Shown: positions 1 through 9,210 of the stretch, piece by piece
Layout: each line of letters opens with the position of its first letter
Position numbering within the stretch: position 1 is the stretch's first letter
Notes under the pieces: model-generated
The model's input: the letters and a program-made list of their open reading frames with translations, nothing else
What the model was told of the DNA's origin: nothing
Databases searched by the model: none
Made by a program: the position numbers and the translations under genes
Source of the DNA: Syntrophomonadaceae bacterium
Lineage (GTDB): Bacteria > Bacillota > Dethiobacteria > DTU022
Length of the DNA: 64,000 nt
Assembly (NCBI GenBank): GCA_003567725.1
Contig: PWYU01000052.1
Coordinates: forward strand, 3,095 to 67,094
Direction: 5' to 3'

Positions 1-1
1 T

Positions 2-262
2 TACGAGGGAGGTACATATTCCGGTCAAATTAAAGACGGCAAACCTCATGGCACAGGAACCTGGAACCATCCAAGCGGGCGCCGGTATGAAGGGAATTTT
101 TACGAGGGTAACGCAACTGGTTACGGAACCCTGACTTTTCCAACTGGTGAAAGGTATGTAGGTAACCTGGTAAACGGTGTAGCACATGGAGAAGGAACCA
201 TGTACCACCCGGACGGCAGGAGAGCTAGCGGAAACTGGGTTAGAGGTGAACTGGTTGATTAA
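2..262 (+). CDS. MORN-repeat protein, C-terminal part (5' end outside window)
   Basis: Frame is open from the window edge to TAA at 260-262. Translation YEGGTYSGQIKDGKPHGTGTW...GERYVGNLVNGVAHGEGTMYHPDGR shows repeated YxGxxxxGxxHGxG MORN-type units. It is paralogous to the C-terminus of 432..1499. Confidence 0.6.
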   Translation, partial: YEGGTYSGQIKDGKPHGTGTWNHPSGRRYEGNFYEGNATGYGTLTFPTGERYVGNLVNGVAHGEGTMYHPDGRRASGNWVRGELVD

Positions 263-431
263 TGACCGGTTATTTATGGTTTTTAAACCTGCGCTGCGGC
301 CATAATTAAGCAGAAAGGGTAATACAAGTGGCAACTTTTTAATTATCACCGCGGCAAAGTAAAAATTTGGCAGGAAAGAATATGAATATCTCCCCATGTC
401 AAAATGATTTTTTTAAGGGGGCCTTAATGAA

Positions 432-1499
432 ATGGAAGTCCAATGGTACGCCTATAAAGATTATCAGATAGAAGGCCCTTATAGCTTTGAAGAACTAAAA
501 CAGGAAGTGGAAACCGGCCGGATAAACCCGGAAGTTTTAATCTGGAATCATACCATGAGAGAGTGGATTGAAGCCAGCCAGATGTCAGAACTTGAAAATT
601 CTGCGGTGCCGGAAGTAATCTCTTTACCACCGGATCGTGAAGAGAAAAAATCGTTTTTAAGCAATTTAAATTATGGCCGTGTTGCCATTATCCTGATTGC
701 TACTTTCCTGTTATCACTTAGCGCCACCTCTTTTTATTTAATCCTCACCCGTGATAATGAAACTACTGAAGACGATAGTGATGAGAATTTTGCCTATAAC
801 ACTATATTTGAAGATCTTGATGCAGAAGAAAACGACATTGAAGCAACCCTGGATCAGGAAGATGATGTCTATGAATCTGAAGAAAATGATTTGGATGAGC
901 CTGAACAAACTGATCTGGAAGAAGAACAAATCGAAGCAGGCATTACTGAACTGCCGGCCCAGGGCGGCCAGGAAACCGAACCTCCTCCTGCAGGGGAACA
1001 GCAGAGTGAACCAACACCTGAGCCTGCAAGTGAAGATCCTGTACAACCCGGTGATCAAGGCGAACAGGATTATGCCGAGGAAGAAAAGATAGAATGGCGT
1101 GGAGGCTTATATAAAGGACCACTGCAGGATGGAGAACCACACGGCCAGGGAGCCTGGAGACATCCTGATTTCAGAAGCTACAATGGTGATTTTTGGGAGG
1201 GCGAGATTACCGGCTATGGCACAATGACCTTTCCAAACGGTGAAAGATATACCGGAGGATTCTTGAATGGCAAATCACACGGTGACGGTACTCTAGTTCA
1301 TCCCCGGGGCAGAAAATATGTTGGTGAGTTCAAACATGGGATAATTGAAGGCTATGGCACGATGACCTTTCCTGGCGGTGAAAGGTATGTGGGCTATTTA
1401 AAAAATGGCCTTGGTCACGGCCAGGGCACGATGCACCATCCTGACGGCAGATCTGTTAGCGGAACCTGGGTTAGTGGAAAATTAACTGACAAAAACTAA
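432..1499 (+). CDS. GYF_2(DUF4339)-like N-domain, TM helix, acidic linker, C-terminal MORN repeats
   Basis: 355-aa ORF. N-terminus WYAYKDYQIEGPYSFEELKQEVETGRINPEVLIWNHTMREWIEA resembles the GYF_2 domain. It has a hydrophobic helix (VAIILIATFLLSLSATSFYLIL), about 110 aa of D/E/Q/P-rich linker, then 4-5 MORN-like repeats (YKGPLQDGEPHGQG..., YTGGFLNGKSHGDG...). Confidence 0.7.
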   Translation: MEVQWYAYKDYQIEGPYSFEELKQEVETGRINPEVLIWNHTMREWIEASQMSELENSAVPEVISLPPDREEKKSFLSNLNYGRVAIILIATFLLSLSATSFYLILTRDNETTEDDSDENFAYNTIFEDLDAEENDIEATLDQEDDVYESEENDLDEPEQTDLEEEQIEAGITELPAQGGQETEPPPAGEQQSEPTPEPASEDPVQPGDQGEQDYAEEEKIEWRGGLYKGPLQDGEPHGQGAWRHPDFRSYNGDFWEGEITGYGTMTFPNGERYTGGFLNGKSHGDGTLVHPRGRKYVGEFKHGIIEGYGTMTFPGGERYVGYLKNGLGHGQGTMHHPDGRSVSGTWVSGKLTDKN

Positions 1500-1772
1500 T
1501 CTAAATGCGCTTTTACGCTCAAATATTTAATGTTTATTAAACAATAGCTTAATCCGAAGTGCTTTTGAAGCTTAACCTGGCCTGCCTTTTTACTTGATTA
1601 TTCATCTGTGTATATTTCACTACCTTTAACAAGCCTTCTCTTAATACTTAACCTGTCCTATCAGCGCATCTTTTTTGACTGTTCATTAGATCTAGATTAA
1701 AACTATTATTATAATGTCTATCACTTTAAGGACTATAATCTTAATAATTATCTTAAAGGAGGTTGGTATTAA

Positions 1773-3506
1773 GTGGAAGTTCATGACTATTCAGTGAAAG
1801 TCGGCGGAGAAGCCGGGCAGGGCATAAATACGATTGCTTCTATACTGTCACGCTCTTTTGCTGATCAGGGGCTATATTTATTTGCTTACCAGGATTATTA
1901 CTCCCGGGTTCGGGGTGGCCATAATTTTTACCAGGTGCGTACCGCCAGTTTCCCTGTTTATTCTTTCAGCGATAAGTTAGAAGTTCTGGTAGCTTTGGAT
2001 AAAGCTTCCCTTGACTTACACGCAGGGGAACTGAACCCCGGCGGAGTTGTAATCTATGATCAGAAAATCGAAGCAGCTAATTCTCTTCCAAACGCTCTTC
2101 CCCTGCCTATGGAGGAATTAGGTAAAGAACACGGTGGTAAAGCGGTAATGGGTAATACAGTAGCCGCAGGAGCAGCCTGGCAGGTGCTTGATGGCGACCA
2201 CAAGATCCTGGAAAATAGCCTTAAGAGGTTATTCCAAAAAAAAGGAAGCGCCATTGCAGAGGCTAACATCAGGGCAGCCCGTGCCGGCGCTGAGTATGCC
2301 AGAGACAATTTTTCCGGGCGCTGCAGCTGTCAATTACAAAAGGGCAGCCTAAACAAAAGCCTGGTTTTAACCGGCAATGAAGCACTGGCACTGGGTTCCC
2401 TTGCAGCCGGATGCCGCTTTATAAGTTCATATCCCATGACCCCGGCCAGTGGAGTAATGCAGTACATGGCCAGGCAAATTGACCGCCTTCCTCTTGCTTT
2501 CGAACAGGCCGAAGATGAAATTGCTGCTATCCATATGTCTATTGGTGCGGCAAACGCTGGGGCCAGGGCCATGATAGCCACTTCAGGTGGAGGTTTTTCC
2601 CTGATGGTGGAAGGGCTTTCATTGGCCGGAATGAACGAAACCCCTTTAGTAATTGTGCTGGGACAGAGACCCGGCCCGGCTACGGGTATGGCTACAAGAA
2701 CCGAACAGGGTGACCTTTTATTCGCGCTTCATGCTGGAAGCGGTGAATTCCCCAGGGCTATTTTCGCTCCAAGAACAGTTGAAGAGGCCTTCTGGACAGC
2801 AGCGCATGCTTTTAATGTAGCTGAAAAATATCAAGTCCCGGTTTTCATCTTAAGCGATCAACATCTTGCTGATTCTTATTACACGGTAGAACCGTTTAAT
2901 TTAAATAAGGTAGTTATTGATCGGGGCGAAATTCTACCCGAAGAATTATTGGAGCAAATGGAAACATACCATCGCTATAAAATTACAGACTCCGGGATAT
3001 CGCCACGGGCCTTTCCAGGGCAAAGCAGAAAATGCGTGATGGTTCCTGGGAACGAGCATACGGAAAATGGATACTCAACCGAAGATCCTGAACTAAGAAC
3101 CCGGATGCAGGATAAAAGAATGCGCAAGCATAAAACTCTGGCAGGCAAAATTAAACCACCTGAAAGTTACGGCGATAATAACCCCCATACTATACTTTTG
3201 ACCTGGGGTTCTTCATTTGGAGCCTGCCGGGAAGCTGTGGATAAGGTAAACCGGCAGGGGGAAAAATGGCAGGTCCTCTCTTTTCCCCAGTTATGGCCTT
3301 TCCCAGGCGAAGAGGCTATGGAAATGTTTGGAAAAGCAACCAGGATTGTTTCGGTAGAAATGAATTCTACCGGCCAGCTGGGACGCCTGCTCCGGGTTGA
3401 AACCGGGAAGCAACCCGATATGGCCGTCCTGAAATATGACGGCCGTCCCATGAATGCTACATACGTGCTAACAGAGATTGAAAACGGAGGTGTTTTCCCA
3501 TGGTAG
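1773..3506 (+). CDS. 2-oxoacid:ferredoxin oxidoreductase, fused gamma-alpha subunit (KorA-like)
   Basis: 577 aa with a GTG start after AAGGAGG. The N-terminal gamma-type motif GGEAGQGINT is followed by the alpha domain (GNEALALG..., SSYPMTPAS). It overlaps the beta subunit gene by 7 nt. Confidence 0.85.
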   Translation: MEVHDYSVKVGGEAGQGINTIASILSRSFADQGLYLFAYQDYYSRVRGGHNFYQVRTASFPVYSFSDKLEVLVALDKASLDLHAGELNPGGVVIYDQKIEAANSLPNALPLPMEELGKEHGGKAVMGNTVAAGAAWQVLDGDHKILENSLKRLFQKKGSAIAEANIRAARAGAEYARDNFSGRCSCQLQKGSLNKSLVLTGNEALALGSLAAGCRFISSYPMTPASGVMQYMARQIDRLPLAFEQAEDEIAAIHMSIGAANAGARAMIATSGGGFSLMVEGLSLAGMNETPLVIVLGQRPGPATGMATRTEQGDLLFALHAGSGEFPRAIFAPRTVEEAFWTAAHAFNVAEKYQVPVFILSDQHLADSYYTVEPFNLNKVVIDRGEILPEELLEQMETYHRYKITDSGISPRAFPGQSRKCVMVPGNEHTENGYSTEDPELRTRMQDKRMRKHKTLAGKIKPPESYGDNNPHTILLTWGSSFGACREAVDKVNRQGEKWQVLSFPQLWPFPGEEAMEMFGKATRIVSVEMNSTGQLGRLLRVETGKQPDMAVLKYDGRPMNATYVLTEIENGGVFPW

Positions 3507-4366
3507 TAAATGTAAAGGAATATAACCTGGATCGGGAAATTACCTGGTGCCCTGGCTGCGGCAACTTCGCCATCATGGATGTGCTGAAAAAAACGCTGGC
3601 CGGAATGGATCTTTCTCCTGAACAAATTTTGGTGGTGGCCGGAATTGGACAGGCTGGAAAAATGGGACAGCATATGAAGGCCAACACTCTCCATGTCCTG
3701 CACGGCCGCCTGCTGCCGGTTGCTACCGGGGCCGGCCTGGTTAATAAGAACTTGGAAATTCTGGCCATTGGCGGAGACGGTGACGGTTATGCAGAAGGAG
3801 GCAACCATTTAATTCATGCTGCCAGGCGCAATGTTGATCTAACCTATATGGTCCATAATAACATGATCTACGGCCTGACCAAGGGACAGGCATCCCCAAC
3901 CAGCGAAGAGGCGATCAAGACCCCTACCACACCAAGAGGCAATCCACTGCAAGGGTTGAATCCAATTAGCCTGCTCCTGGGCTTAAAAGCAAACTTTGTA
4001 GCCCGCTCCTTTGCCGGAGATAATGAGCAGCTAAGGACTATCCTGGAGCAGGCCATAAAAAAACCGGGCTTTGCTTTCATTGATATCCTGCAGCAATGCC
4101 CGAGCTTTAACAAGATCAATACCTTCAAATGGTTCAAAGAGAGGGTTTATGATATCAACACCGCAGGGCATGACCCGTCCGATTTGCAGCAGGCTTTTAA
4201 CCTGGCCCAGGAATGGGGAGAAAAAATCCCCACCGGTATTTTTTATAACAACCCGGATCCTCGTCCCACTTTCAGAGAAGCTGTTCTGGGCGGCAAAAAC
4301 AAATCAGTGACAGGTTCCCCGATCAATCCACTCGACATAAAAGACATCATGGAAGCACATCTTTAA
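3500..4366 (+). CDS. 2-oxoacid:ferredoxin oxidoreductase beta subunit (TPP-binding, KorB-like)
   Basis: 288 aa with WCPGCGNF and GGDGDGYAEGGNH (TPP-binding) motifs. Translationally coupled to the upstream alpha gene. Confidence 0.88.
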   Translation: MVVNVKEYNLDREITWCPGCGNFAIMDVLKKTLAGMDLSPEQILVVAGIGQAGKMGQHMKANTLHVLHGRLLPVATGAGLVNKNLEILAIGGDGDGYAEGGNHLIHAARRNVDLTYMVHNNMIYGLTKGQASPTSEEAIKTPTTPRGNPLQGLNPISLLLGLKANFVARSFAGDNEQLRTILEQAIKKPGFAFIDILQQCPSFNKINTFKWFKERVYDINTAGHDPSDLQQAFNLAQEWGEKIPTGIFYNNPDPRPTFREAVLGGKNKSVTGSPINPLDIKDIMEAHL

Positions 4367-4387
4367 AATATCAGGATGTTTCGATCT

Positions 4388-4419
4388 AACCGGGAGTGAA
4401 AAGTTGCTCCCGGTTTTTT
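4388..4419 (+). terminator. Rho-independent terminator after the oxidoreductase genes
   Basis: AACCGGGAG-N10-CTCCCGGTT stem followed by a T6 run. Confidence 0.75.
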
Positions 4420-4502
4420 ATTGGATCTAAACTGAAGGAGGCTGTTTAAAGACTTATTCATGCTAAGATCTGATCTATTTAAGCAATAATCTTATTAACA
4501 CT

Positions 4503-4874
4503 TTATGTAATCTTTTCTTCTTCGGCTTCTTCCAGGGTGGACCAGGTTTCATAAACGGGTTTATTTTTATCATCCAGTTCCCTAATTAAAATTTTGCTGG
4601 CTCGCCCTTTTTTTACAATCCGGTTATTGTCATCAACATAACAGATAGCTGTTTTTACTCCACCTTTAGGAGTTTCTCCATAAACCACATCGCATTGTTC
4701 GTATTCATCTTCGCTTTTATCAAGCTTATTTTGATAATACTTACGGCAGTATTCACTATTGGGATTTTTAGCGCAAACCCTTTCAGTCATCATTTTATGG
4801 TTAAAATACCTGATTAGGAAAGCACTTGAAACGAAGATTAACCCTATTACAATTAATGGAATTAAAGTAGACAT
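4503..4874 (-). CDS. hypothetical N-terminally membrane-anchored protein
   Basis: 123-aa ORF with an N-terminal TM helix (LIPLIVIGLIFVSSAFLI) and a GGAGG-like RBS (GAGGAGGGC) upstream. No recognisable family. Confidence 0.5.
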   Translation of the reverse strand: MSTLIPLIVIGLIFVSSAFLIRYFNHKMMTERVCAKNPNSEYCRKYYQNKLDKSEDEYEQCDVVYGETPKGGVKTAICYVDDNNRIVKKGRASKILIRELDDKNKPVYETWSTLEEAEEEKIT

Positions 4875-5583
4875 TAAAAAAAGCCCTCCTCAAAACATAT
4901 TAGTAATATATTATAACTGCTTTTGCCTTTAAAATAAAACCATAATATTAAAATTAGAATCAAAGGTGTCTAAATTAAGGCATCAATAAATAATATACCA
5001 TAAATCTTTAAATCACTATAGAAAAAAATAATAACCAGATCGATGCACATTCTTTCAAATGTTTCATCTTTCCTGTTATAAAAATTTTCATCTAATAGCA
5101 TTAAAACGGCAATTAGAGGCCTAAAAAAATCAGGGCTTACTCTTACTATAGATTAAATAAAGGCAGGATTTTTTCATTAAAATATCGAATTATTAATAAT
5201 TATTGGAGCTTCTTTTGATTTATCAGCCGGGCTTTTTCTGGTTGCCCTGAGGTTTGTATTTTTCATCCTTATGATGATGGTTAATAGAAAGATTAAAGCG
5301 CTTAATAAACATTAAACATTCTTTTAGTTTTTCAGTGAAAAGGCGCGGTTAATGGTATAAAGCTGTCTTTATAATGTATTTCTGATGATCTTTTCATCAA
5401 AAACAAAAAAAGTTGTTCATGCAAATAGGAAATCAGACATTTTTGGATAATATAATAGTAGAGGAATATTGACTTAGGAGAAACGCCCGGATCCATAAGC
5501 AAGGATCGCGCAGGCATTATTACAATCCCATCGAAGTATTCCGTAAAGTTTTTATAATCTCACAATCAAAGGAGGAAAAATGA

Positions 5584-6468
5584 ATGCCCGCAGTAGTAAT
5601 TTCAGGTAAGGAAGTAGCAAGTGAAATCAGGCAGGAGTTAAAAAAGAAGGTTGAAGAGTTAAAAGGTAAAGATATCCATCCCGGCCTGGGAGTAATCCTG
5701 GTGGGAGAAGATCCAGCTTCAGTTTCCTATGTTACCAGCAAGGCCAAAGGTTGCGAAGAAATTGGCATCCATGAAGAAACCATCAGGCTCCAGGCTGATG
5801 CTTCAGAAGAAGAAGTATTAAACTTAATCGAAAAAATGAACAACGACAAAAAGTTTAGCGGCATCCTGGTTCAGCTTCCCCTGCCCAAACACATTGACGA
5901 AGAAAAAATAGTTAACGCCATCACCCCTGAAAAAGATGTTGACGGTTTCCACCCGGTCAACCAGGGCCTGTTATTGAGAGGGGAAAAGTGCCCCTTACCC
6001 TGCACCGCACATGGCGCTCAGCAGATGCTGATGCGTTCCGGCAATGATCCCGCCGGTAAACATGTGGTAATCTGCGGCAGAAGCAACATCGTCGGCAAGC
6101 CACTGGCAGCAATGCTGATGCAGAAAAAAGAAGGCGCCAATGCTACTGTAACCGTGGTCCATACCGGTACAAAAGATGCTGCACAGTACACCAGGCAGGC
6201 TGATATCCTGGTTGCAGCAATGGGCAAGCCGCAGGCCATTACCGCAGATATGGTCAAAGATGGCGCTGTTGTTATCGATGTTGGAGTAAACAGAATTGAA
6301 GATTCCACCAAGAAAAAAGGATTCCGTCTTGTGGGAGACGTAGATTATGATCCAATCTCCGAAAAAGCTTCCTATATCACACCGGTACCCGGTGGTGTGG
6401 GACCAATGACAGTAACAATGCTGCTTTATAATACCGTCGAATCTGCCGAGTTAATAGCTAAAAAATAA
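5584..6468 (+). CDS. folD: bifunctional methylenetetrahydrofolate dehydrogenase/methenyl-THF cyclohydrolase
   Basis: 294 aa. Motifs PGLGVILVGEDPASVSYV, VQLPLP, GRSNIVGKP and TPVPGGVGPMT are typical of FolD. AGGAGG RBS. Confidence 0.93.
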   Translation: MPAVVISGKEVASEIRQELKKKVEELKGKDIHPGLGVILVGEDPASVSYVTSKAKGCEEIGIHEETIRLQADASEEEVLNLIEKMNNDKKFSGILVQLPLPKHIDEEKIVNAITPEKDVDGFHPVNQGLLLRGEKCPLPCTAHGAQQMLMRSGNDPAGKHVVICGRSNIVGKPLAAMLMQKKEGANATVTVVHTGTKDAAQYTRQADILVAAMGKPQAITADMVKDGAVVIDVGVNRIEDSTKKKGFRLVGDVDYDPISEKASYITPVPGGVGPMTVTMLLYNTVESAELIAKK

Positions 6469-6509
6469 GCTCTTACTAAATGAAAAGCGATCATTTACGA
6501 TGGTTTGAT

Positions 6510-6549
6510 AAGGGGCTGGAAGCACTTTTCCTGCCCCTTCTCATTTTTT
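6510..6549 (+). terminator. Rho-independent terminator after folD
   Basis: AAGGGGCTGG...CCTGCCCCTT stem with one mismatch, followed by CTCATTTTTT. Confidence 0.6.
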
Positions 6550-6709
6550 ATGCCTTTATTTTCAACAACCCATAATTATAGTATGATGTTGTTAAGGAAT
6601 AATAACCTTAAAGTTTAAACACAGTCTTTATAACAATATTTTACAAGCCCGGCGCTTGAGCTTTGATGCGTAAGTTTTTATATTTAACCTGCCTTGAGGA
6701 GCTGATCTG

Positions 6710-7234
6710 ATGACTGTATATGATAAAGTAAGACCTTTTAGCTTGCTGCTCGGTATAGCTTTAACGGTCATAGGAATTATTTTCTTAGCTGCACCGGACC
6801 GGGTAACCGAATTTCTGGCCATATTTGTCGGAGCAGTTATCACTGTTATCGGTGTCTTCAGGATCATTACGGTGGCATTAGGCTGGAAAACAATTCTAAA
6901 CCGGGGCCTGCTTTTAGCTTTCGGAATTATCATGACCGGCATCGGTGTTTTTATGCTCTTTAACCCTGAGGCAACGATTGCTATGGTTGGTGCTATTATC
7001 GGTATTCTTGCCATTATGCTGGCTATCGACCGCTTCATAACTGCCAACCGACTTAAAAAAACTACTAATGTCACCCCCACTATTATATCCGGTTTGATCC
7101 ACCTCGCTTTCGGGATGGGCATGATTTATTCAGCAATTGTTGTCTTTTCTATCATTATTGTGCTAATTGGCATTTATCTATTGATTTCAGGAGTTATGTT
7201 TGCTTTATCTGCTTTATTTTTCCAAGATTTTTAA
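6710..7234 (+). CDS. HdeD/DUF308-family small multi-pass membrane protein
   Basis: 174 aa with six hydrophobic helices and repeated GxxxxxxGxxxI(F) patterns typical of DUF308. GAGGAG RBS. Confidence 0.6.
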   Translation: MTVYDKVRPFSLLLGIALTVIGIIFLAAPDRVTEFLAIFVGAVITVIGVFRIITVALGWKTILNRGLLLAFGIIMTGIGVFMLFNPEATIAMVGAIIGILAIMLAIDRFITANRLKKTTNVTPTIISGLIHLAFGMGMIYSAIVVFSIIIVLIGIYLLISGVMFALSALFFQDF

Positions 7235-7278
7235 GGTACAACTTTTACCAATAATCCGTAACCGGAGGTGTGTTTAAA

Positions 7279-7581
7279 ATGGCTGTAGTTGAAATTTCTA
7301 TAGTGCCCCTTGGGACCGGCACTACCAGTTTAAGCCCTTATGTTGCCGCCTGTGAAAAAGAGTTAAGGGAGAATAGCGAAGGGCTTAATTATGAGTTAAC
7401 CGCCATGGGTACCATCATAGAAGGCGATCTCAACCAAATTTTAAAACTGGTCCGGCGCCTGCACGAAATCCCCTTTAAAAACGGCGCCCACCGGGTCAGT
7501 ACCATGATCAAAATCGATGACCGGCGGGATAAAGAAGGCACCATCGATCAAAAAGTGAAGTCGGTGGAAGACAAGCTTTAA
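7279..7581 (+). CDS. MTH1187/YkoF (DUF77) family thiamine-binding-like protein
   Basis: The MAVVEISIVPLGTGTTSLSPYVA... N-terminus is typical of the family. I prefer ATG 7279 over the track's GTG 7270 because GGAGG lies at 7264-7268. Confidence 0.7.
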   Translation: MAVVEISIVPLGTGTTSLSPYVAACEKELRENSEGLNYELTAMGTIIEGDLNQILKLVRRLHEIPFKNGAHRVSTMIKIDDRRDKEGTIDQKVKSVEDKL

Positions 7582-7600
7582 AACTATAATAAGAAAGTTT

Positions 7601-7699
7601 GTAACTACTCAGGCATAGCCCGCTAAGCCACAGGGGAAGGTTCCACCGTCCTCATGGCGCCGCTTATCATTCAACAAAGATAATAGGCTGAGTAGTTAC
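7601..7699 (-). mobile_element. MITE-like palindromic repeat, copy 1 (short variant, complete)
   Basis: GTAACTACTCAG...CTGAGTAGTTAC terminal inverted repeats. The perfect 8-bp direct repeat GAAAGTTT occurs at 7593-7600 and 7700-7707. The core has an imperfect hairpin (GGGGAAGGT-TCC-ACCGTCCTC). Confidence 0.8.
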
Positions 7700-7737
7700 G
7701 AAAGTTTTTTAGTTTATAAAAGGGGATAAAAGCAGCT

Positions 7738-8790
7738 GTGAAAATTGTCCTAAAACTAGTAATTGGTCTAGTGGCCCTGTTCTTCCTGGCTGTTTTCTAT
7801 ATTGATTTTACTTCAGGTAAAACCAGCCAAATCAGAGATGAAAGTGGTCATATTATCCCTGAAAGTATCGCCGTACTGGAAAAGGTAGAGCTTGGCGGAA
7901 TGGAACAATGGATTTTAATACGGGGCAAAGATAAAAACAACCCCGTTTTGATCTGGTTACATGGTGGCCCGGGTTCAACTCAGATGCCCCTGGCCCATCA
8001 TCTGGACCATGAGCTGGAAAAAGAATTCGTTGTTGTACACTGGGACCAGCGGGGTGCCGGCAAATCAAATCCCGGGGGATTTGATGAAGGCACCATGAGC
8101 TTAGAACAATTTAAAGCTGATGGACTTGAACTAATTGAATATATATTAAAGCGGCTGGACAAGGAAAAAGTATATCTCCTGGGGCACTCCTGGGGAACCT
8201 GTCTTGGAATCGAACTGGCAGCAGAAAACCCCCATTACCTTCACGCTTACATCGGTGTTAGCCAGGTTGTGAACGATCGAAAGGCTGTGCAAATCGCCTA
8301 CGATTGGCTGATGGAAAAGGCAAGAGAGAAAAACGAGCGTGAAAGGATAGAGTTTCTGGAGGAACTGGGTGAACCGCCATATAGCCACAGCGAATACAGG
8401 CAGCTGGCCAGCCTGGTAAGCGAATATGGCGGGAACTTCGACCAGGAAATATGGCGTATAGCTTTGATTGTTTTTGATGCGCCGGAGTACCGGGTCATAG
8501 ATTATTACCGTCTTCTGGGCGGTATGAACAGGGGCGGCGGCCCCATGCATGAAGAGAAAATGCTGCATTTTAACTATATTGAAAAAATCCCGGTGCTGGA
8601 AGTGCCCATCTTTTTCCTGGTCGGGGCAAAAGATTTTAACACCCCGGCGGAACTGGCGAAAGAATATTATCAGCTGATCGAAGCCCCTCAAAAAGAACTG
8701 ATCATTTTCGAAGATTCCGCCCACACGCCTTTTTTAAAAGAACCGGAACGTTTTTACCAGGCCCTCACCGGGATTAAAGCAAAGGATTAA
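7738..8790 (+). CDS. alpha/beta hydrolase (proline iminopeptidase-like) with N-terminal membrane anchor
   Basis: 350 aa with an HGGPG oxyanion motif, a GHSWG nucleophile elbow and a C-terminal DSAHTPF (His). GTG start and N-terminal TM helix. Confidence 0.8.
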   Translation: MKIVLKLVIGLVALFFLAVFYIDFTSGKTSQIRDESGHIIPESIAVLEKVELGGMEQWILIRGKDKNNPVLIWLHGGPGSTQMPLAHHLDHELEKEFVVVHWDQRGAGKSNPGGFDEGTMSLEQFKADGLELIEYILKRLDKEKVYLLGHSWGTCLGIELAAENPHYLHAYIGVSQVVNDRKAVQIAYDWLMEKAREKNERERIEFLEELGEPPYSHSEYRQLASLVSEYGGNFDQEIWRIALIVFDAPEYRVIDYYRLLGGMNRGGGPMHEEKMLHFNYIEKIPVLEVPIFFLVGAKDFNTPAELAKEYYQLIEAPQKELIIFEDSAHTPFLKEPERFYQALTGIKAKD

Positions 8791-8817
8791 GTAAAATGGA
8801 TACAAAAAAACGAGCAG

Positions 8818-9210
8818 GTGACAGAAAACATCATTAAGCAGGGCGATAAATACAGATGGGTTTATATTGTTAATCTATGGACGGATACATTTGTCCCCGT
8901 TATGGTTCTCAAGATATTTTTACTGGCTCCACTCGCCCCCGCGCTAATAGTTTTTCTGGTTACTGCTTTTGAAGGTTAGCCCGGTGAAGGGTTGCGTGCT
9001 TTTATAATAGTTTATGGTATATCTGTCGGAATAGTAATGGCCCTTCTTATCATTGTCTACCCGATCTTTGTGCTCGCCAAGGGCGGCAGGAATTCAATCC
9101 TCTTTGAAATGGATGACCAGGGGATTAACCACATTGAAATCCCCCCAACAGTAAAACATTATGACCTGATGAGATGGGCAGGCTTTCTTGCTGATCTATC
9201 CAACTATTAG
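8818..9210 (+). pseudogene. small 2-TM membrane protein ORF interrupted by one in-frame TAG
   Basis: The frame opening at GTG 8818 (MTENIIKQGDKYRWVYIVNLW...VTAFEG) hits TAG at 8977-8979. It continues in the same frame as the 72-aa track ORF 8992..9210. Both halves look like one coherent protein. Confidence 0.45.

Noticed and set aside
5332-5517. 61-aa minus-strand ORF in the AT-rich gap upstream of folD
   Set aside because: It has low-complexity composition driven by AT-richness, no RBS and no recognisable motifs.
5460-5583. ZTP (pfl) or THF riboswitch upstream of folD
   Set aside because: There are only weak resemblances (TGACTTAGGAG, CGCGCAGGCA). The diagnostic CCGCCUGGGC pseudoknot strand and its GGCGG partner are absent, and I saw no THF-like core.
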